Shown piece after piece: positions 32,401 to 41,926 of a stretch of 50,325 nucleotides of DNA. How positions within the stretch are numbered: the first letter of the stretch is position 1; every line of letters starts with the position of its first letter. Both the position numbers and the translations under genes were made by a program. The notes under the pieces are model-generated. The model did no database searches. It saw only the letters and a list, made by a program, of their open reading frames with translations, and was not told the origin of the DNA. This DNA comes from Bradyrhizobium sp. (GTDB taxonomy: Bacteria > Pseudomonadota > Alphaproteobacteria > Rhizobiales > Xanthobacteraceae): contig JBARNF010000618.1 in assembly GCA_049802835.1 (NCBI GenBank), positions 1 through 50,325 of the forward strand. Reading direction: 5' to 3'.

Positions 32401-33576
32401 ATGGCCTCCGATCATGCTCCCCCTCGCTTCGCCCCGACCGCGCTCATGCTCGGCAACATCGTCACCGGCTGCTCGGTGCTCGCCCCCGCGGGCATGCTGC
32501 CCGAACTCGCGTCCGGCCTTTCCGTCGGCATCCACACGGCAGGGCTCCTGATCACCTTCGGCGCGGTCGTGCTCTGCATCTGCTCGCCCTTGACCGCCTG
32601 GTTGACCAGCCGGCTCGACCGTCGCCGCCTGCTTGCGGCGACGTTGCTGGTGCTGGCACTCGGCAATCTCGCCTCGGCCTTCGCGCCAGATTACGCGAGT
32701 CTGCTGGCTCTCCGGCTCGTGATGCTCGCGGTCGGGGCGCTCTATACGCCGCAGGCGGCGGGGACGGCCGCCCTGATCAGTTCGGTGGAAAAGCGCGGCA
32801 GCACCATCGCCTACGTGTTTCTCGGCTGGTCCCTGGCTGCCGCGGTCGGTCTGCCGTTGATCACCGTCATCGGCAGCCACTCGGGCTGGCGGGCCGCCTA
32901 TCTCGCGGTCGGCGCGGCTGGAGCCGTCAGTTTCATGCTGCTGACATGGCGCCTGCCATCCGGTCTGAAGGGCGCGCGGGTCGAGCTGAGCACCTGGGTC
33001 GAGCTCGGTCGCAACCGTATGGTCGCGCTGCTGCTGCTGATCACGACCCTGCAGATGTCGGGACAGTTCGTGATCTTCACCTTCATGGGACCGCTGCTGA
33101 AGAAGCTGACCGGGGCTGATCCCAACCAGATCGGACTGGTGTTTGCGATCTATGGCGCCTGTGGCTTCATCGGCGTCGTCATCGCGACCCGCATCGTCGA
33201 TGGCTGGGGTCCGTATCGGACATCGCTGCTGTTCACCTGCCTGACGCTGGCGGGGGTTTCTGCCTGGACGTTGGGGGCGGGTGTCTATCTCCTGATGGCG
33301 GTGGCCGTGGCGATCTGGGGACTGGGATTTGCGTCCACCAACTCGATGCAGCAGGTTCGTCTCGTGGCGGCGGCGCCGCCGCTGGCCTCCGCCTCGGTAT
33401 CTCTGAACACCTCCGTGCTCTATATCGGCCAGGCAATCGGTTCCGCGGTCGGCGGCAGCCTGTTCGCGCGCGACCTGCTCGGCCCCACCGGCTACGTCGC
33501 CATGGGGTTCCTGGTACTGGCGCTGGTGGCAATCCTGGCCAGCCGGCCGCGCGTGGCGGTCGCCGTCCTGGCCTGA
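32401..33576 (+). CDS. MFS transporter (DHA1/AraJ-like efflux)
   Basis: About 12 TM segments; LTSRLDRRRLL motif A-like; GGAGG RBS. Confidence 0.9.
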   Translation: MASDHAPPRFAPTALMLGNIVTGCSVLAPAGMLPELASGLSVGIHTAGLLITFGAVVLCICSPLTAWLTSRLDRRRLLAATLLVLALGNLASAFAPDYASLLALRLVMLAVGALYTPQAAGTAALISSVEKRGSTIAYVFLGWSLAAAVGLPLITVIGSHSGWRAAYLAVGAAGAVSFMLLTWRLPSGLKGARVELSTWVELGRNRMVALLLLITTLQMSGQFVIFTFMGPLLKKLTGADPNQIGLVFAIYGACGFIGVVIATRIVDGWGPYRTSLLFTCLTLAGVSAWTLGAGVYLLMAVAVAIWGLGFASTNSMQQVRLVAAAPPLASASVSLNTSVLYIGQAIGSAVGGSLFARDLLGPTGYVAMGFLVLALVAILASRPRVAVAVLA

Positions 33577-33734
33577 GGCGGACCGCAAGCAGCGGGTTGG
33601 CGCTTGGCAAACCCCGCCGGACCGGATTAAAGCCGAATATCGTGGGGAGCTGCGGGGCGGAGAATTCGCCACACCCGGCGCAATGTCTCGACGGGATGCT
33701 CGCGCGCCCACGGTTCGGATGAAAGAGATATGAC

Positions 33735-34106
33735 ATGAAGAAAATGATGTTGAGCCTTGCCGCGGTGCTGCTCTGCACCTCCGCGCTGGCCCAGAGCAGC
33801 GCCCCGATGGTCGGCGACCACCCGTTGGTACAGGTCAAGCCGAAGGGGATGAAGGCGATGAAGAGCGCGGCCGCCACGCCGGCCAAGCCGCAATCGCCGG
33901 GCGCGAAGCTCCAGGCGTGCCTGGAGATCGATGACGGAACCAAGGAGCGGCTGAACTGCTACGATGCGGTCATCCCGCCCGCGGCCAAACCCAAGGCCGC
34001 GAAGGCCAAGACGGTGGCCGACTGCAAGTACACCAAGGAAGAGGACGAGCGGCTGGCCTGCTTCAACGGCTTCGTCGAAAACATGCCGAAGCTGCCGAAG
34101 TCCTGA
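33735..34106 (+). CDS. Small secreted protein with two Cys-paired repeats
   Basis: Signal peptide MKKMMLSLAAVLLCTSALA; CLEIDDGTKERLNCYD and CKYTKEEDERLACFN. Confidence 0.75.
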   Translation: MKKMMLSLAAVLLCTSALAQSSAPMVGDHPLVQVKPKGMKAMKSAAATPAKPQSPGAKLQACLEIDDGTKERLNCYDAVIPPAAKPKAAKAKTVADCKYTKEEDERLACFNGFVENMPKLPKS

Positions 34107-34288
34107 ACTCGCGCTCGGAGCGTCGCTTGACGTCGCGGGGCCCGGACATGCCCGCTTTGGCGGAGATGCGCGGATACCTCGCTGGCGCGGCCAAGCTTTG
34201 AGGCGAAGACCAGCGATCCTCGCCTCTGCGAGGCGGCAAAGCCATCAGCATCGAGGCCATGAGCGCCTCGATGTCCTACTACCATAGA

Positions 34289-34316
34289 TTGACAGGCAAG
34301 AGCTCCTATGCAGAAT
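34289..34316 (+). promoter_or_regulatory. Possible sigma70 promoter for the FGE-TIR-STAND operon
   Basis: TTGACA-N16-CAGAAT in an AT-rich stretch upstream of AAGGAG RBS and TTG start. Confidence 0.4.
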
Positions 34317-34358
34317 TGCTAAATTGAAGCTCGCGCGCTCAATTCCAAGGAGTGCGAT

Positions 34359-35342
34359 TTGCGTATTTTTTTCAGAACAATATTTGGCGCGGGCATATTT
34401 GTTGGCCTGCTCACACCGTTCGCAGTTGCGAACGCGGCGGAAACGTTCACGGATTGCTGGGTGTGTCCGACCATGGTCACCATACCGCGCGGCACGTTCC
34501 TGATGGGAACGGCTTCGGAGCGGAAGGATCAGAAGACGACGAGCGCTGGTTCGACTGAGGTCCCGGCGGAGAATGCGGAGTTCTTCGGCGATGATGATCA
34601 GCCTCAGCACAGGGTGAGATTTGGCAAGCCGTTCGCGCTCGGACAATATGCCGTCACCCGAGGGCAGTTTGCTGCCTACGTCAACGAGACCCGTCAGGAG
34701 CCGCCGGGATGTCCGGTGCAAGGCGGAGAAGACCTGTCAGAGATCGTGCTTCCGCAGGGGCCGAACTGGCGCAATCCCGGTTTTGAGCAGACCGATCGGG
34801 ATCCCGTGGTGTGCGTGACGTTCGACGATGCGAGGCGCTACGCGTCCTGGTTGGCCAAGAAAACCGGCAAACCCTACCGTCTGCCGACCGAAGCGGAATG
34901 GGAATATGCCGCCCGTGGCGGCACCACCACTCCGCGATATTGGACGGGGAATGAAGCGTCGGTCTGTCGCCATGCCAACGTGCTCGACCGCAGCGCCGCC
35001 AAGGCTCTCGGCAGCCGTAAAGAGGACAGAGACCCCAGTCCGTGCACGGACGAGTACGTTTTCACGGCTCCGTCGGGCTCGTTCCCGGCCAATCCGTTCG
35101 GTCTCTTCGACATGCTGGGCAACGTGTGGCAGTGGGTGGCGGACTGCTACAAGGGCAGTTACACAGACGCGCCGTCCGATGGTGCTGCCGTCAAAGCGAC
35201 TGACGGCAAGTGCGACACGCGCGTTCTTCGCGGTGGTTCATGGGCAAGTTCGGCGGAGAAAGTCCGGTCGAGCTATCGACACGGCGACGACGGACAGACT
35301 CGCACGGTCTTTTATGGGTTCCGAGTGGCCCTCTCGCTTTGA
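34359..35342 (+). CDS. Secreted formylglycine-generating-enzyme (FGE-sulfatase/SUMF1) fold protein
   Basis: Signal peptide; CPTMVTIPRGTFLMG, PVVCVTFDDA, YRLPTEAEWEYAARGG, NPFGLFDMLGNVWQW, RGGSW, GFRVA. Confidence 0.9.
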   Translation: MRIFFRTIFGAGIFVGLLTPFAVANAAETFTDCWVCPTMVTIPRGTFLMGTASERKDQKTTSAGSTEVPAENAEFFGDDDQPQHRVRFGKPFALGQYAVTRGQFAAYVNETRQEPPGCPVQGGEDLSEIVLPQGPNWRNPGFEQTDRDPVVCVTFDDARRYASWLAKKTGKPYRLPTEAEWEYAARGGTTTPRYWTGNEASVCRHANVLDRSAAKALGSRKEDRDPSPCTDEYVFTAPSGSFPANPFGLFDMLGNVWQWVADCYKGSYTDAPSDGAAVKATDGKCDTRVLRGGSWASSAEKVRSSYRHGDDGQTRTVFYGFRVALSL

Positions 35343-35369
35343 TGCTCTGACGAGGACGAGGAGGGTGGT

Positions 35370-36836
35370 GTGCGCCGGATAAAGCTCTTCGTCAGCTACT
35401 GTCGGGCCGACACCGAGCCGCGTCCTGGCTTCAACGTCAGCCGGGTCGGACGGATCCTCGACGAAGTGAAATATGAGCTCGGATGTCACTCCAGCCGATC
35501 GCGCTTCGAGATCCTGCGCGATGTCGAGATGGTCAACGTCGCGGAAAATTTTCGCGACAAGATCCGGCAGGCCATCGCCGAATGCGACATGGCAATTCTG
35601 TTCATTTCGGAGAATTTCTGCCGCTCCGAGGAATGCGAGGCCGAGTTTGCCGAACTCATCAGGACCGGCAAGCCACTGTTCCTGGTGGAGACGGAGTCAC
35701 CGCTGTTCGACGATGACGAGGATCGAATCAAGCCCTACCGGGATGCGGTCAAGGACGTCCTGTTCGCCAAGTTCTGGGGGCTGGACAACAACAAGAGGCC
35801 GGTGAGGTTCGGCTTTCCCATTCCGGACAATTCGCCCACCAGGACGCAGTACTACGAGGTGCTCGAAGCGCTGGTGACCGGATTGAAGATCCGTGCGGCG
35901 AGGATCGCACAGGCTGGCAGCGACCAGGACGATCCCTATGCGATCCTTCTCGCTTGTCCAACGCCCGATGTGAAAGCCGAAGCGATGCGGCTGGCGAAGA
36001 CCCTGGACGAGCGCGGCCACACCGTACATGCCTTCGACGTGGATCTGGACATCGGGAATGCTGAGACGTTCGCCGCCGCGTTTTCGCGCGCGCTGGCGCA
36101 TTGTGATGCGTATGTGCAGCTTCTCGGGACGACGCCCGGCAAGACCGTGCCGGGGACTGACCAGCGTCTCGTCCGTGCCCAATACGAAATGGCGAAGCAA
36201 GCCGGCAAGCCGTCATTCATCTGGCGTGCTGCAGACTTCGACGGCGAAGAGGTCGGGCCGCTCTATGCCGCGTTCCTGAAGGACATCGCGTCGACGTGCA
36301 TGATCGGCAGTTTCGTTGAGTTCGAAGAATATCTGAGAAAGAAGCTCAATGATCTGACCGCGCAGCAACGGTCCAGCGCCCGCTGCGCCGCGAAGTCCCA
36401 AGCGGCCGACGTGGCGGCGTCGCTGCCGTTCGTCGCAATCGATGCCGCGTCCGCAGACAGCGATCTCGCTCAGAAGATCGCCGATGCGCTCGCGAACTAC
36501 GTCAACGTCGATCATCTCGACTACGATCTGACGGGTCAGAAGCTGGCCGACGCGGTGGCGGACAACAACGGCCTGATCCTGGCCTACGGAACGAGTGCCG
36601 AGGGGCAGAAGCGGACGCAGGCGCACTTCAAGCTCATTCGGCGCCCGACCCAGGAACGTGGTTTGAAGGGGATTGAACTTGCGGTCGGGAATGGAGCACC
36701 CTCGAGCGCGTTGCCATGCCCGCGGGGGCCCAACGTGCATGTCATTACGGTCGCGGACGAAGTCGACGGAGCCGCCATGGCCCTCTTCCTGAGCAAGCTT
36801 GGGATTGCGGTCCCGCGGCCGGGTGAGGCGGGTTGA
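35370..36836 (+). CDS. TIR-domain protein (N-terminal TIR_2 plus further alpha/beta domains)
   Basis: KLFVSYCRAD, FRDKIRQAIAECDMAILFISENFCRSEECEAEF (TIR pattern with Glu at the catalytic position); GAGGAGG RBS, GTG start. Confidence 0.8.
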   Translation: MRRIKLFVSYCRADTEPRPGFNVSRVGRILDEVKYELGCHSSRSRFEILRDVEMVNVAENFRDKIRQAIAECDMAILFISENFCRSEECEAEFAELIRTGKPLFLVETESPLFDDDEDRIKPYRDAVKDVLFAKFWGLDNNKRPVRFGFPIPDNSPTRTQYYEVLEALVTGLKIRAARIAQAGSDQDDPYAILLACPTPDVKAEAMRLAKTLDERGHTVHAFDVDLDIGNAETFAAAFSRALAHCDAYVQLLGTTPGKTVPGTDQRLVRAQYEMAKQAGKPSFIWRAADFDGEEVGPLYAAFLKDIASTCMIGSFVEFEEYLRKKLNDLTAQQRSSARCAAKSQAADVAASLPFVAIDAASADSDLAQKIADALANYVNVDHLDYDLTGQKLADAVADNNGLILAYGTSAEGQKRTQAHFKLIRRPTQERGLKGIELAVGNGAPSSALPCPRGPNVHVITVADEVDGAAMALFLSKLGIAVPRPGEAG

Positions 36837-36837
36837 G

Positions 36838-39800
36838 GTGGAGACCCGCTACACCAATAGTCTGGAGCCGTATCCGGGACTGCGGGCATTCCGAAAGGAC
36901 GAGATCGATATCTTCTTCGGCCGGGACGACCATCTCGACGAGATGATAACAAAGCTCGCCCGGAATTATTTCCTCTGCGTGACGGGTTCATCTGGGTGCG
37001 GCAAGTCCTCGCTGGCGCGCACCGGACTCATGAACCACCTCGAGGCCGGCTTCCTGCCGGGTCGGGGATCCGATTGGATCTTCTGCGACCTGCACCCCGG
37101 AGATCGTCCGCTCGACAATCTGTTCAGCGGGATTGCGGAAGCGATTGCGGCGCAGACGTACCCGGCAGCGAGCGGTACGTCGGAGCGGGCAGCCGAGATC
37201 CGCGAATTCCTCAAGAACCGTGTCATCACTCAGCGTCGCACCAGCGACCTGAATGAAGCGATCGAGTTGATTTCCGGGATCGGCGGACGGCCCATCATGA
37301 TCCTGGTCGATCAGTTCGAGGAGTTATTCCGTTTCGCGCGAACCGACTCCGCTGCGGCGGTGAACCTGGTCGAGATCCTGCTGAAGACGGCGCAAGCAAG
37401 ACGCTCGATCTACATCGTCATCACCATCCGGACGGACGAGCTCGAGAAATGTTCCCGCTATCCCGAATTGACGCGCCTGATCAACGACAGCCAGTTTCTC
37501 ACCCCTGTCCTCGATCGCTATCAGGTTCAACAGGCCATCGAAGGGCCCATAACGCTGTGGGGAGGACGGATCGCCTCGGACCTGTCCAATTGGTTGCTGA
37601 ATTGCCTCGAAGACGAACTCGACAAGCTGCCCTTGATGCAGCATGCGTTGAGGGTGCTGTTTTCCGCCAAGGCCGTGGCCGGAGCGCGCGAAAACCTGAC
37701 GATCGATCTCGCGGACTTCGTCCGCATATTCGGGCTTCCGGGCGACTTCGATCTGTGGTCGGCGGACGGACGGCTTGCGTTGCGCCGCTCTCTGTCGGAC
37801 CGGCTGACCCGGCGATACGATGCGCTGGATCAGCGGTTGAAGCCTGCAGCCAGGCGGACGTTTTGTGCGTTGACGGCGGTCGGCAGTCGCAAGAGCGACA
37901 TTCGTCAGCCGCAGAAGCTCGGTGATCTCGCCCGGATCATCGGCGCTTCCATGGACGACACGCGCGTGATCGTGCGGCAATTCAGCAGCGGTGACGAAGC
38001 CTATCTGCGCTGCGATCCCGCGCTCGCCGAAGATGACACCGTTGATGTCACGCACGAATGCGTCCTGCGGCTGTGGCGGCCGCTGCAGACGGAGTGGCTC
38101 GTCGACGAGAAGCGGTCGGTCGACAATATCGTGTCACTGGCGCGTCTGGCGCGGGACTGGTGCCGCGGATCAGAGGGCCGGTTTGCCATCGGCTCCATGT
38201 TCGCCGGTGCAGCCTTGAAGTGGTATGCGCGCGGTCAATACCAGGCGTGGTTCGACCAGTTCCGTCCCAGCCGGGCGTGGGCCGTTCGTCACCTCGACGA
38301 CATTGACTGGCCGGCTTCGCCGGGCGACTCGATGCTCAGGGTTCCGGCTGAGACGATCTACGGCTCGATCCTGAAATTGCTGGCCGCCTCCAGGCGACAG
38401 CAGAGCTGGTTCATCGTTGGGGTCATTCTCAGTGCCGTCGTCGCCCTTTGCGTCACGTCCTACGTGTCGGTTCAGATCACGAGCTCGAGGAGCCGCGAAG
38501 CCCGCGCCATCGGAGACCTCATCGCGATCTCGGGCCTTCCGCCGGAGCAGACGCGGATCTCCAGTCTCAGATCTGCGGTTGACGCATTCGATGAGAGCCA
38601 TTCCCGACCCGGCGCGATATGGGCAAAGGTGCAGCAGGTCCACGAGCTCTATCGGTTCGACGCCGGCCAGGAAGTGCATGCGGCCGATTTCGCCCCTGAC
38701 GGCAAATCCGTGCTCGGCGTCGACGTTGCGGGGGTCGTGCACCAGTGGTCCGTATCGGAAACGCGCGGCGCTCTGCGCACGGTTGATTTCGATCTGCGAG
38801 ACCCCAATGGCGGCCGCGCGCAGGGACGATCGCTGGTCGTCTCGCCCTTGGGCGACCTCGTCGCCGTTGGATTCAACCAGGGCTCGGTCGTTCTGCTGGA
38901 CCTGACGAGCGACGGGACCCGCTTCCGTGCCCTGCAGATCGACGGCGCCAACCCGCACGGCAGGGACAGCGTTTTCAAAGCCGCCTTCTCCCATGATGGT
39001 GCGCTCCTGGTGACATCGTCGCGCGCGGGAAATGTCGCTGTCTGGGAGCGCTCCCCGGCCATGACCTCGCAACCGGCCGGGACACCAGGGCGCGATCCGC
39101 TGCAATGGTCGCTGAAGGCGAACGTCGATCTCAGGAGGACGCGTCCCAACGCTGACATTTGGGCGGTCGACATCGACCGCACCAAGCAGATCGTCGCGGT
39201 TGGATTGGGCGACGGCCATATTTGTTTTCTTCGGCTCGATGATCTGGATCGGCTGTCCTGTCCGGAGCCCGCCCGGGAGGGCAGCGTGAAGTCGGTCAGG
39301 TTTGTGCCTGACAGTCGGATGCTCGTATCGGCGGGCAATGATCGGCGCGTGACGGTGTGGTCTTTCGACGTCTCCGGCCTAACGGCAACACCTCTGCCGT
39401 TCAGCCTGGACCACGATAACGCCATCTGGGACGTCGATCTCAGCGCCGACGGCGCGCTGCTTGCGACCGCCGATTTCAATGGCTCCATCCGGATCTATCA
39501 GACCGGCACATGGCGTCTCCTGAACGTGCTCGGAGCCGACCGGGTTGCATCAAACAGCGACAGCGGTCCGAAGCCCACGGCCGACAACGCCTTTGCGCTC
39601 CGTACCGTTCGGTTCGATCGTTCGTCCACGATGCTGGTGACCTCGTCGCTCGATCATACCGCGCGCGTCTGGACGCCGCTTGTCGACCGGTCGAGCATTC
39701 CGGAATTGAGCCATCGCCTGTCGGCCGCGGACGACGGGCCCCGGTCGATCTCTTCAGTGGCCATGAACCCGACCGGTGACATGGTCGCCTTCACCGAACA

Positions 39801-40773
39801 GGCGAACCTCTATGTGAAGCGTTTCGGCCAGCCACCGCAGGTGGTTCCGTTGCCCGCCGGTGGGACCGTTTCGCAGGACGGGCAGATCAATCAGGTGCTG
39901 ATCAGAGGGGCGGACGAGATCGTCGCGACGCGTTCGGAGCCGATGATCACGGTCTGGACCGCATCGACAGGCGCGGACTGGGCGGCGCGCAACGTCGCTC
40001 TGCCCGGAGATCCCGTCCCGCCGGGGCGTGCCGCGGCGATCAGTGCCTCGGGTGCGTTGCTGGCGGTGGAGGTGCGCGATGGTCCGGCGGTGCGCGTTCT
40101 GTTGTGCCCGGTGCGCAATGGCGCGCGGTGGGCATGCGCGCCGGCAGACAATCCGGCCGCCACTTTCCTGTCTGCGCAGGCCAAGCTGCCGAAGAAATCG
40201 ACCGATCAGGACTGCGCTTCAAGCAGGTCGGAGGTGCACCTTGCGCTGTCCAGGACCGAGCGATGGCTGGCCGTCAGCGCCGGCGCCTGTCCGATCCAGC
40301 TCTTTGACCTGCGTGACCGGAACGGTGTCAGGGTCTATGCCGGTCACCGTGGTGACATCAACAGCGTCGAGTTCTCGCCCGACGAGAAAAGCCTGGTCGC
40401 GGCGAGCCAGGCCGGCGACGTGCGGGTCTGGGACATTGCCGACGGCACGTCGAGGAACATGAGCTATCACGCATCGCCCTACGTCACGGCTGCGCGATTT
40501 TCCCCGTCGGGCCGGTGGATCGCCAGCACGTCGAACGACAACGCGGTGATCGTGCGCTCCGTCTCGGACGGGGAGCGGCTCGTGACCTTGCCTTACCGCA
40601 ACAGCCTCTACGACCTCGAGCTGGTCCAAACCGCACGCGGAATTCTGATGGTGACCGGATCCAAGGCCGGCGAGGTCAATGTCGCGCGATTTTTCGAGGA
40701 CGCGGCTGCGATCCGCTCACACGCGGGCTCCGTCTTGCGTGACGTCTCGGCAGGCCCCGCTGGCACCCCCTGA
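36838..40773 (+). CDS. STAND (nSTAND1-like) NTPase - transmembrane helix - WD40 beta-propeller protein
   Basis: PYPGLRAF...FFGRD, Walker A GSSGCGKSS (36985-37011), Walker B ILVDQFEELF, LPLMQHAL, VDVTHECVLRLW; TM WFIVGVILSAVVALCVTSYV; many WD repeats (e.g. GHRGDINSVEFSPDEKSLVAASQAGDVRVWD). GTG start 1 bp after the TIR stop. Confidence 0.88.
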   Translation: METRYTNSLEPYPGLRAFRKDEIDIFFGRDDHLDEMITKLARNYFLCVTGSSGCGKSSLARTGLMNHLEAGFLPGRGSDWIFCDLHPGDRPLDNLFSGIAEAIAAQTYPAASGTSERAAEIREFLKNRVITQRRTSDLNEAIELISGIGGRPIMILVDQFEELFRFARTDSAAAVNLVEILLKTAQARRSIYIVITIRTDELEKCSRYPELTRLINDSQFLTPVLDRYQVQQAIEGPITLWGGRIASDLSNWLLNCLEDELDKLPLMQHALRVLFSAKAVAGARENLTIDLADFVRIFGLPGDFDLWSADGRLALRRSLSDRLTRRYDALDQRLKPAARRTFCALTAVGSRKSDIRQPQKLGDLARIIGASMDDTRVIVRQFSSGDEAYLRCDPALAEDDTVDVTHECVLRLWRPLQTEWLVDEKRSVDNIVSLARLARDWCRGSEGRFAIGSMFAGAALKWYARGQYQAWFDQFRPSRAWAVRHLDDIDWPASPGDSMLRVPAETIYGSILKLLAASRRQQSWFIVGVILSAVVALCVTSYVSVQITSSRSREARAIGDLIAISGLPPEQTRISSLRSAVDAFDESHSRPGAIWAKVQQVHELYRFDAGQEVHAADFAPDGKSVLGVDVAGVVHQWSVSETRGALRTVDFDLRDPNGGRAQGRSLVVSPLGDLVAVGFNQGSVVLLDLTSDGTRFRALQIDGANPHGRDSVFKAAFSHDGALLVTSSRAGNVAVWERSPAMTSQPAGTPGRDPLQWSLKANVDLRRTRPNADIWAVDIDRTKQIVAVGLGDGHICFLRLDDLDRLSCPEPAREGSVKSVRFVPDSRMLVSAGNDRRVTVWSFDVSGLTATPLPFSLDHDNAIWDVDLSADGALLATADFNGSIRIYQTGTWRLLNVLGADRVASNSDSGPKPTADNAFALRTVRFDRSSTMLVTSSLDHTARVWTPLVDRSSIPELSHRLSAADDGPRSISSVAMNPTGDMVAFTEQANLYVKRFGQPPQVVPLPAGGTVSQDGQINQVLIRGADEIVATRSEPMITVWTASTGADWAARNVALPGDPVPPGRAAAISASGALLAVEVRDGPAVRVLLCPVRNGARWACAPADNPAATFLSAQAKLPKKSTDQDCASSRSEVHLALSRTERWLAVSAGACPIQLFDLRDRNGVRVYAGHRGDINSVEFSPDEKSLVAASQAGDVRVWDIADGTSRNMSYHASPYVTAARFSPSGRWIASTSNDNAVIVRSVSDGERLVTLPYRNSLYDLELVQTARGILMVTGSKAGEVNVARFFEDAAAIRSHAGSVLRDVSAGPAGTP

Positions 40774-40824
40774 TGAGCGCTGGCAACAGGAGAAGAGCGA
40801 CGGTTGGCGCGGGAAAGCCTCGTC

Positions 40825-41844
40825 TCATTGCTCCTCGAGCTGGCGAGCCAGGTCGTCATATCGGTCGGTATCCCCATCTGTTCGGTCATAGCAGGACGGG
40901 CTGATGACGGGGTCCCCAGCCTTCAGGAGCTCGGTGACCGTGACGAACTGGTAGCCTCGCTCCTGCAACCCCGAGATGATTCCGGGCAAGGCATCGTCGG
41001 TGTACCAGCCGCGTCCGTTGGCATGAAACAGGACGATCGATCCCGGACGCACGTTGTCGAGAACCATCCTCGTCATGGCGTCCGGCGGTTGCCTGTAATC
41101 GGGGTCGTCCGACGACACGTCCCACTGGATCGGTATCAGACCGAGTTCGCTCACGGCCGCCAGCGACTGCGGATTGCAGGCGCCATACGGAAAGCGGAAC
41201 AGTCCCATGGACCCTGGAGTGGTCTCGTCGGCATATCCGGGCTGTGCAGGCGGGATGCATTTGCGTGCGGCGAGCTGCTCGCGGAGCCGCCGGTAGACCT
41301 GGTCGGTGCTCGAAATCTCTTCCTTCGCAGCCGCGCCGGAGAGCAGTCGAAGATTGTGGTGAGCGAAGGTGTGGTTGCCGACCTCGAAGCGGCCGTCCGA
41401 CATCAGTTGTTGCGCGCGCGCCTGGTGGGTCATCATCCATTTGCCGACCAGGAAGAAGGTCGCCTTGATCCCGTGGGCGCGCAGGATGTCCACGATCTCG
41501 CCCTGATAGCCGGCCGTCTCGTGAGGCGCCTCGCACAGGTCGAACGTCAAGGCGACCAGCTTCCGTCCCGGCGGGAGGCGGACGCGCCTCACCGTGCCGC
41601 TGAGCACGGGCCCATTCCGGACCGATTCCGCGAAAAGCTGACCGGTGCCGGGTTGGGGTGGCGTGGCGGCATGCTTGACGATGTCGCCCTCGCCGACCTT
41701 CGCGACCAACTCCGCATCAGCCCAGCACGCGTTCGGTTGCCGTGGCGCCGTCAGGGCTTCCGTGGCGTGCACGGCCGGTCCGGCGAAGGCGAGACAGGCC
41801 AAGAACAAACACAAACACAATGTAGCCAAGTCTTCTTTGAACAT
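40825..41844 (-). CDS. Exported polysaccharide deacetylase (CE4/NodB-like)
   Basis: Signal peptide; VALTFDLCE, KATFFLVG, GNHTFAH, LFRFPYG, GSIVLFH. Confidence 0.88.
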   Translation of the reverse strand: MFKEDLATLCLCLFLACLAFAGPAVHATEALTAPRQPNACWADAELVAKVGEGDIVKHAATPPQPGTGQLFAESVRNGPVLSGTVRRVRLPPGRKLVALTFDLCEAPHETAGYQGEIVDILRAHGIKATFFLVGKWMMTHQARAQQLMSDGRFEVGNHTFAHHNLRLLSGAAAKEEISSTDQVYRRLREQLAARKCIPPAQPGYADETTPGSMGLFRFPYGACNPQSLAAVSELGLIPIQWDVSSDDPDYRQPPDAMTRMVLDNVRPGSIVLFHANGRGWYTDDALPGIISGLQERGYQFVTVTELLKAGDPVISPSCYDRTDGDTDRYDDLARQLEEQ

Positions 41845-41926
41845 GATCTGATGTCCGGGAAAGGACTGTGGCCATCCGGCGTGCCGGCCGTCAGGGCCAT
41901 CTGCGCGGAGAGCTTAGGGGACGCGG

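Noticed and set aside
34359..35342. FGE-fold gene as target of a diversity-generating retroelement
   Set aside because: No reverse transcriptase and no second copy (template repeat) of its 3' end seen in the window.
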